From assembly GCA_951406725.2 (NCBI GenBank), contig OX597816.1, forward strand, positions 169,446,001 through 169,510,000: a stretch of 64,000 nt of DNA, given 5' to 3'. Made by a program: the position numbers and the translations under genes. This DNA comes from Octopus vulgaris (Eukaryota). The notes below the pieces were generated by a model. The model saw only the letters and a list, made by a program, of their open reading frames with translations, did no database searches and was not told where the DNA came from. Below are positions 57,323 through 64,000 of this stretch, one piece after another; within the stretch, counting starts at the first letter, position 1; each line of letters begins with the position of its first letter.

Positions 57323-57959
57323 CGTATAATAGAGTGATTGAATCGACTGTTTCTTCATACAAAATATGGTCTTTTGCCAATTTAAAAAAACTTTACTATC
57401 ATTCAATTAGATCTTTTTATTCATTCTCTTACTCTTTTACTCTTTTCACTCCATCCATGGCTGCCATGCTAAGGCACTACCTTTATGGATTTTTTGTCGA
57501 TGAAATTCATCTGAGTAGTCATTTTTCGAGTATATACAATACATACAAGTATATATATATAAATATATATTATATAAAATCCGTTGTGTGTGTATTCTAG
57601 GATCTTGGGTATCCTCCATCCGATTGAGCTCAGATTTGATATGTAGATACCAACGGTATCAAGGCGTGTATAAGTCTTGAAAAAATTACAAAAATCGATT
57701 CCAAGTGAGAATGCGATCGATAAAGCCGTGGGAACGTGCATTTGTACGCGCAATAAAATGGCTTTTCTTTGGAATAGAAAAAAGTCTATCTTTATTTCTT
57801 CTTTTGCTGGTGTCTCAAATTTAGGTTAAATCAGTGTTTCTCAAAAGGAAGCCTATGGGACGGTCGGACAAGTTGTTTTGAGAAAATTTGGTTTATATGT
57901 TTGACAACTCAGTACTGTCCATTGGATGGGGGGGGGGACCATTTTGCTCGTATATATAT

Positions 57960-60125
57960 ATTGTGGTAGTGCGTACCGATTTTCTTCGCTACTTCAGGGA
58001 GTGACGATCCTGCCTGACAGGAGTCCCTGGGCTCAACTGGCTCCGGCTGACAGCCCCCGGTTATGGGCCCCTATCCAGGGTTACGGAAAGGAGATAACCT
58101 TCAAAGAAATCCGGAGTGGAGCCCCGTAAGCGGTTTAGTGTTCGACTCGATACTCTTCCGGCAGGTTTTGCAACCAAGCTGGTGTCAAATGTAATGTTCT
58201 GCACTTCTTTAGACTACGTCAGCAAGGTCGAGAGAGGATTTTCTTACATCTAGTCAGGCCTGCGCAAAACGGGAGAGGAAACTGGAGAGGACACTTCACT
58301 GCTGCTGTAAAAAGTGGCTGAAAAAACATGGGAGATAGCAGTCACAAGTAATAAGTCCACTCTGGTTGGCGTTGGATACGGGCGCTATGGATTACCCCTG
58401 ACGGTGAGAGGGACCCTCGTGTCCCACTGGTGAGTTACCGCACACCTCAAGCTGGGCAGCCCCCGGTTAATAAGATGCTGATCCGCCACAGGCCGTCTGC
58501 TTCATTGGGTGCTTGGAGCTAAGAGTTTGACTTGAAAAGCGGTCTGCAGCTTCTGCACCAGGCAAAAGATCAAAAGACAAGAAGCCACCAGCTCTGAGAT
58601 TAACAAGCTGGAACGTCAGGACCAGGTGATATCTGATGACTTACTCAGGGTTGAAGACACAAGAAAGACGGTCATCATCGACATTGCTAGACTGCAGGAG
58701 ACAAAGCTCCCATCAAACGGCAAACTCAAAGAACGGGACTTTATCTTCTTTTGCCAGAGAAGAGATCCAGAGGAACCTCGTCAGCATGGTGTTGGCTTTG
58801 CAGTGAGAAACTCATTGCTCTCCTCAATAGAACCACCATCAGGAGGTACTGAGATCTCTCTGCTCTTCTTAAGCTCTTCTGGCCCAGTACATCTACTGAG
58901 CATCTATGCTCCCACGCTCTACAGATCAGAAGAGAGCAAGGACCAGTTCTACAAAGATCTGAACAGTGTCATTAGAAACATACCAACCAACGAAAACATC
59001 TACCTTCTAGGAGATTTTAACGCTCGCATGGGATCTGATCATGACTCGTGACATTAGCAATATGAATTACAATGGTCAGAGACTGCTTGAATTTTGCATA
59101 TACCATAACCTGTTCATCATCAACACATTCTTTGCCAACAAGCAATCCCATAAGGCATTTTGGAGACATCCAAGATCTCATCACTGGCATCAGATGGATC
59201 TCGACATCACATGAAGATCCTTTCTGTCCAACTGACCCGTAGTTACCACAGTGCGGAGTGTGACACAGATCATTCACTAATAATCTGCAGGATGAGGATT
59301 TTGTCTAAAAAAAGTCCATCACTCCAAGAAAATGGGCCGGCCACGCATTAACACTGCTACAACATCGGACCTTACGCTAATGAAACGTTTTGCTGTTTCT
59401 ATCAAGGCTGCCCTCAGTAGCTGTCCATCTTCTGCTGAAAGTGGGTGGAATTATATCCGGAAAGCTCTGTATACCACATCAATAGATACTTTCGGTTCAA
59501 TGCTGGGCTCTCAGAGTTGGAACCAGCTATCGAAGCAAAGCGCGTAGCTCTGATGCAATACAAGAGTGATACTTCTACAAAGACATTCGAAGAACTCAGA
59601 AAGGCAAGAAGTAAAACCTAACTGACTGCCAGATGCTGTACAAATAGATATTGGCGGGAAATCTGTCAGAGTATCCAGTCAGCTACTGACAGTGGCGACA
59701 CCCGTGGGATGTTTGCCGGTTTGAAGAAGGCCCTCGTTCCATCCGCAACCAAGTCAACCCCTCTGAAATCAACTACTGGAAATCTCATCAAAAACCAAAG
59801 CAAGCAAATAGATAGACGGGTGGGGAACTATCGGGATCTCTACTCACGGGAGACTACGGTCGCTGAAGCTGCAATCGAGGGTGTCATGTGCGAACTTGAC
59901 AGACTGCCGTCCATAGCAGAGCTCACCAAGTCTATTGTCTCCCTAGCTGGTGGCTAGACTCAAGGAAAAGACGGCAACCCTCTGAGATCACGAAAGCCAG
60001 CAAAAACACCGCCCTGCTTCAGCACCTTCATGAGCTTCTGTGTCAGTGCTGAAAAGAGCGTACAGTCTCTCAGGATATGCGGCATGTTAACATCATTACG
60101 TTTTACAAAAACAAAGGTGATCGTA
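57960..60125 (+). pseudogene. RTE-clade LINE 5' part (UTR, APE endonuclease, start of RT), degraded
   Basis: LRLTSWNVRT, LQETKL, HGVGFAV, SIYAPT, LLGDFNARMG, NGQRLLEF, DTDHSLII and YKNKGDR; truncated near (TA)n. Confidence 0.9.
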
Positions 60126-60194
60126 TAGAATGCGCATCAGAATTATTAAGATAAAACTTACTTGGAAGTAAAGTATATGTACATACATCTATAC

Positions 60195-60249
<55 letters not shown>

Positions 60250-60256
<7 letters not shown>

Positions 60257-60830
60257 AAGGTTTGAAAATGCAATTTTAAAGATGTTTATTCACTTGACCG
60301 GTTTCAGTCTTTTTAGAAAAAGATTGTCGAAAGTAAAATGTAAAGCTTTGTATAAACTTTGTTGTGTTAAGTACTGGTTGTCACAAAAATGGGAGGTTGG
60401 CTGAGGTGGGGGGAAGGATCCTTTTAATTCCACATTGCTCTTCCTTCCCCCACCCCAATCAACCTCCCACACTGTTCCTTAAAATAGCAAACAATCCTTA
60501 GCTACACACAAAATAAAAAATGCTAAGACAGGTTGGTTCCTATCAAATTCTTTCCAAACTCTTAGATATATCTCGATTTTTATTGAACTCCTAATACTTT
60601 TTGTTGAATATTTTCTTAAATACTTTCTTGTAAATTGTTTTTAACATTTTCTTATTATCATCAAAGAATGTATATATGTATTTTAATACTTTTGTGACAA
60701 CCAATACTTAACACAACAAAGTTTATACAAAGCTATACACTTTACTTTTGACCATCTTTTTCTAAAAAACTGAAACTGGTCAAGTGAATAAACATCTTTA
60801 AAATTGCATTTTTAAACTTTCTTTTATATA
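60250..60830. repeat. Inverted repeat (~140-bp arms) with a degenerate hammerhead-like motif
   Basis: About 60250-60390 mirrors about 60690-60830; GAAA-CCGG/CTGG-TC-AAGTGAATAAA is present. Confidence 0.75.
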
Positions 60831-60871
60831 TATTTCCGCACGTGCGGTACCTTACAACTTCACTTTGTTTA

Positions 60872-61046
60872 GGCGCAGTAGTGGCTGTGTGGTAAGTAGC
60901 TTACTTACCAACCACATGGTTCCGGGTTCAGTCCCACTGCGTGGCATTTTGGGCAAGTGTATACTACTATAGCTCCGGGCCGACTAAAGCCTTGTGAGTG
61001 GATTTGGTAGACGGAAACTGAAAGAAGCCCGTCGTATATATGTATG

Positions 61047-61109
<63 letters not shown>

Positions 61110-61335
61110 GTGTATGTTTGAGTGTCTGTGTTTGTCCCTTCAGCATCACTTGACAATCGATTGTGGTGTGTTTGCGTCCTCGTAACTTAGCGGTACGGCA
61201 AAACAGACCGAAAGAATAAGTACTAGGCATCCAAACAATAAGTCCTGGGGGTCGATTTGCTCGACTAAAAGGCGGTGCTCCAGCATGGCCACAGTCAAAT
61301 TACTGAAACAAGTAAAAGAGTAACAGAGTAAAAGA

Positions 61336-61337
<2 letters not shown>
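60872..61337 (+). mobile_element. SINE family A
   Basis: Full length. Confidence 0.87.
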
Positions 61338-61386
<49 letters not shown>

Positions 61387-61458
61387 GAGTAAAAGAGTAT
61401 ATATATATGATTTCTTTTGAATGAAACAGTTCTAGTCCTGTAGAAGCTCCTTCTATAA

Positions 61459-61531
<73 letters not shown>

Positions 61532-61975
61532 TGTGGGCGAACGTGTACAACAAAAAGTACGAAACACGAGTACACTGGAACATAAAAATTTATCGAGTAG
61601 TCAGCGTGAAAGACCAGTTAAGGGGAAAATTTATGCAAAACATATAATTAATTTATTCCTTTTTAAATACATTTATTATATTAAGGACATTACTACACGT
61701 AAATATGATTAGATTCGTAGAACTTCATTCTATAACTTAATCATAGACTTAATTTACCGATGCAACTTTTCATATCGACGCCAATTTACACCAGTAATTT
61801 CTCAGCAAAGTATGAAGAGTCAACGTTAGAAATCCTTTTGGAAACCACTCCATTTAAAGGACGAATCCACATTCAACCTCATTTATGTACATGTGTGTAT
61901 GCACACACACACACACACGTGCCGTCTTCAAAATGTTTCACGTTCTTGTCCCAGTTTGTGTTTTTTTAACGTTTA

Positions 61976-61989
<14 letters not shown>

Positions 61990-62032
<43 letters not shown>

Positions 62033-62665
62033 ATCTATGCGTGCGTGCTTCTGTATCTCCGTTCCACTTCCTCCCATCACCGCTTGAGAACCGGTGCTGG
62101 TGCGTTTACATTTCCAAAACCTAGCAGTTCGGCAACGAGTTCGATAGAATTACTACTAAGCTTAAGAAATTTAATCCTAAGGTCAAATTGTTCCACTAAA
62201 ACCATTCAACACTGTGCTCCAGCATGGCAGTAGTCAAATGACTGAAACAAGCAAAAGATAAAAGAATATACATACATGTATGTGTATTATATATGTGTAT
62301 GTATGTTATATGTGTGTGTGTGCGCGCCTGTGTATGCATGTGTGTCTTTGTGTCCTCTCACCACTTGACAACCAGAGTTGCCTTGTTTACATCCCCGTAA
62401 CTTAGCGGTTCGATAGAATAAGTATCAGGCTTTAAAAATATGTACTGGGGTTGATTTATTCGACTAAAAGTTTTTAAGGCGGTGTCCTAGCATGGCCGTA
62501 GTCCAATGACTGAAATAGATAAAAGATGTGTGTAAGAAGCTTACTTCCCAACCGGGCTTCGGGTTCAGTCCTACTGCGTGGCACCTTGGGCAACTGTTTT
62601 TTACTATAGCGCCGGGCCGACCAAAGCCTTGTGATTTGGTACGCGGAAACTGAAAGAAGCTTGTC

Positions 62666-62737
<72 letters not shown>

Positions 62738-62990
62738 CTATCTGGGTGTCTGTGTGTGAGTGTGTGTGTGTGTGTGCATGTGTGTTTGTCCCCTCGCCAA
62801 TACTTGACAACCGATGCTGGTGTGTTTACGTCCCAGTAATCTAGCGATTTGGCAAAAGTGACAGAAAAAGTACTTGTCTTAAAAGGATAAGTCTTGAGGT
62901 CGATTTGTTCGACTAAAACACTTTAAGGTGGTACTCCAGCATCGCCGCAGTCAGACGACTGAAACAAGTAAAAGAATAAAAGAAAGAATA
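61990..62990 (+). mobile_element. Cluster of family A SINEs (two 3' halves and one near-full copy)
   Basis: Three successive ...ACTGAAA(C/T)A tails in the same orientation. Confidence 0.75.
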
Positions 62991-63637
62991 CGCACGCACA
63001 CACACACACACACATTCGAGGAAAAACATAAACGGTTCAATTGTCGCGCGTCTAACGCACTCGATCATTTATGAATATCGCAGGTGAACGACAAAAGATG
63101 ACATTTATCTTTCTTAATAGTATTGGACAAGGTCATTTGAAGACGGGGGTGTAATACATTCATACATACATACATACATACATACATACATACATACATA
63201 CATACATACATACATACATACATACATACATACATACATACATACATACATACATGCATAGACTTTGTAAGTGCGTGCGCGTGAGTATACATGTTAACAA
63301 TCTCTGTTTGGGATGGGCTAAGGATAACTTACATTCTGTAAATCCTTAATATTGTCTGAGACCCCTGTAGTGAATATCAATTAGGCAGCCAACAGCTGAA
63401 CTCATTTGACTCCACCGGTTAGTTCCACCCTAAAGATTTGAAACAATACATTTGATCCGTCTTTCACTGTGCCTTAGGTCTGACTCTTCACATCACCGAC
63501 TACAAAAACACAAAATAACGCACTTAACTTCACGAAAGCCTGTACCCAGACTCGCCACCTACGCGTTGAAACAAATATAACCTAAACATAGATTCTTAAA
63601 CGTGTAGAAATAAGAATTCGATAGACATAATCTGGAG

Positions 63638-63840
63638 CAGGGGTTCTCAATCATTTTTCATCTATTGACCTCTTTGATTACTATTTTATTCTGGCTGACC
63701 CATATTGCCATTCGATGCTTGAATACAAATTTTAAAGAAACTTCTTTCAAAATTCCTATTTTGTTATTCACGCATTAACTCCTGTAGGTTGAACTATGTA
63801 AAATGTTAGAGAAAGAAACCCAGCAGTTTCTTACAAACAT
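63638..63840 (+). mobile_element. Possible hAT (Charlie-like) element end
   Basis: Begins CAGGGGTTCTCAA; interrupted by a SINE, and the other end is not in the window. Confidence 0.45.
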
Positions 63841-63843
63841 ATA

Positions 63844-64000
63844 GGCGCAGGAGTGGCTGTGTGGTAAATAGTTTGCTTACGAACCACTTAGTTCCGGGTT
63901 CAGTCCCACTGCGTGGCACCTTGGGTAAGTGTCTTCTACTATAGCTTCGGGCCGACCAAAGCCTTGTGAGTGGATTTGGTAGACGGAAACTGAAAGAAGC
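63844..64000 (+). mobile_element. SINE family A, cut by the window end
   Basis: Family A head. Confidence 0.85.

Noticed and set aside
57568-57955. Possible second Helitron family (TATATAAAA...TGTGTGTGT start, CTCGT end)
   Set aside because: The termini are non-canonical, the hairpin is unclear and there is only one copy.
57960-58140. HDV-like ribozyme in the RTE 5' UTR
   Set aside because: Plausible from what is known of RTE elements, and GC-rich stems are present, but I could not assign the nested double pseudoknot by eye.

Overview
AT-rich, microsatellite-dense animal genomic DNA. The SINE and LINE repertoire and repeat style suggest an octopus; this is inference, not shown by the sequence. 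There is one well-supported host gene: the last three coding exons of a divergent class C GPCR on the + strand (3220-3435, 21497-22117, 22900-23996), encoding part of the Venus flytrap domain, a 9-Cys domain and a 7TM domain. Its 5' exons were not found in the window. The rest is mostly mobile-element debris: several SINE-like families, R4/Dong-type and RTE LINE fragments, a Penelope GIY-YIG fragment, non-autonomous Helitrons, Tc1/mariner/pogo remnants and MITEs. The most notable observations are (1) near-perfect DNA palindromes beside (TA)n tracts carrying a hammerhead-ribozyme core on each strand, plus several degenerate relatives; (2) a ~6 kb 21-bp satellite with a ~2.44 kb higher-order duplication, an inverted duplication of its end, and common variants that are mostly synonymous in one minus-strand frame; (3) a TSD-flanked 5' half of tRNA-Lys(UUU) that stops at the canonical intron position; and (4) erosion of the GPCR's usual intracellular signalling motifs. 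Most ORFs in the supplied track are microsatellite or repeat artefacts. Coordinates of degenerate repeats are approximate.
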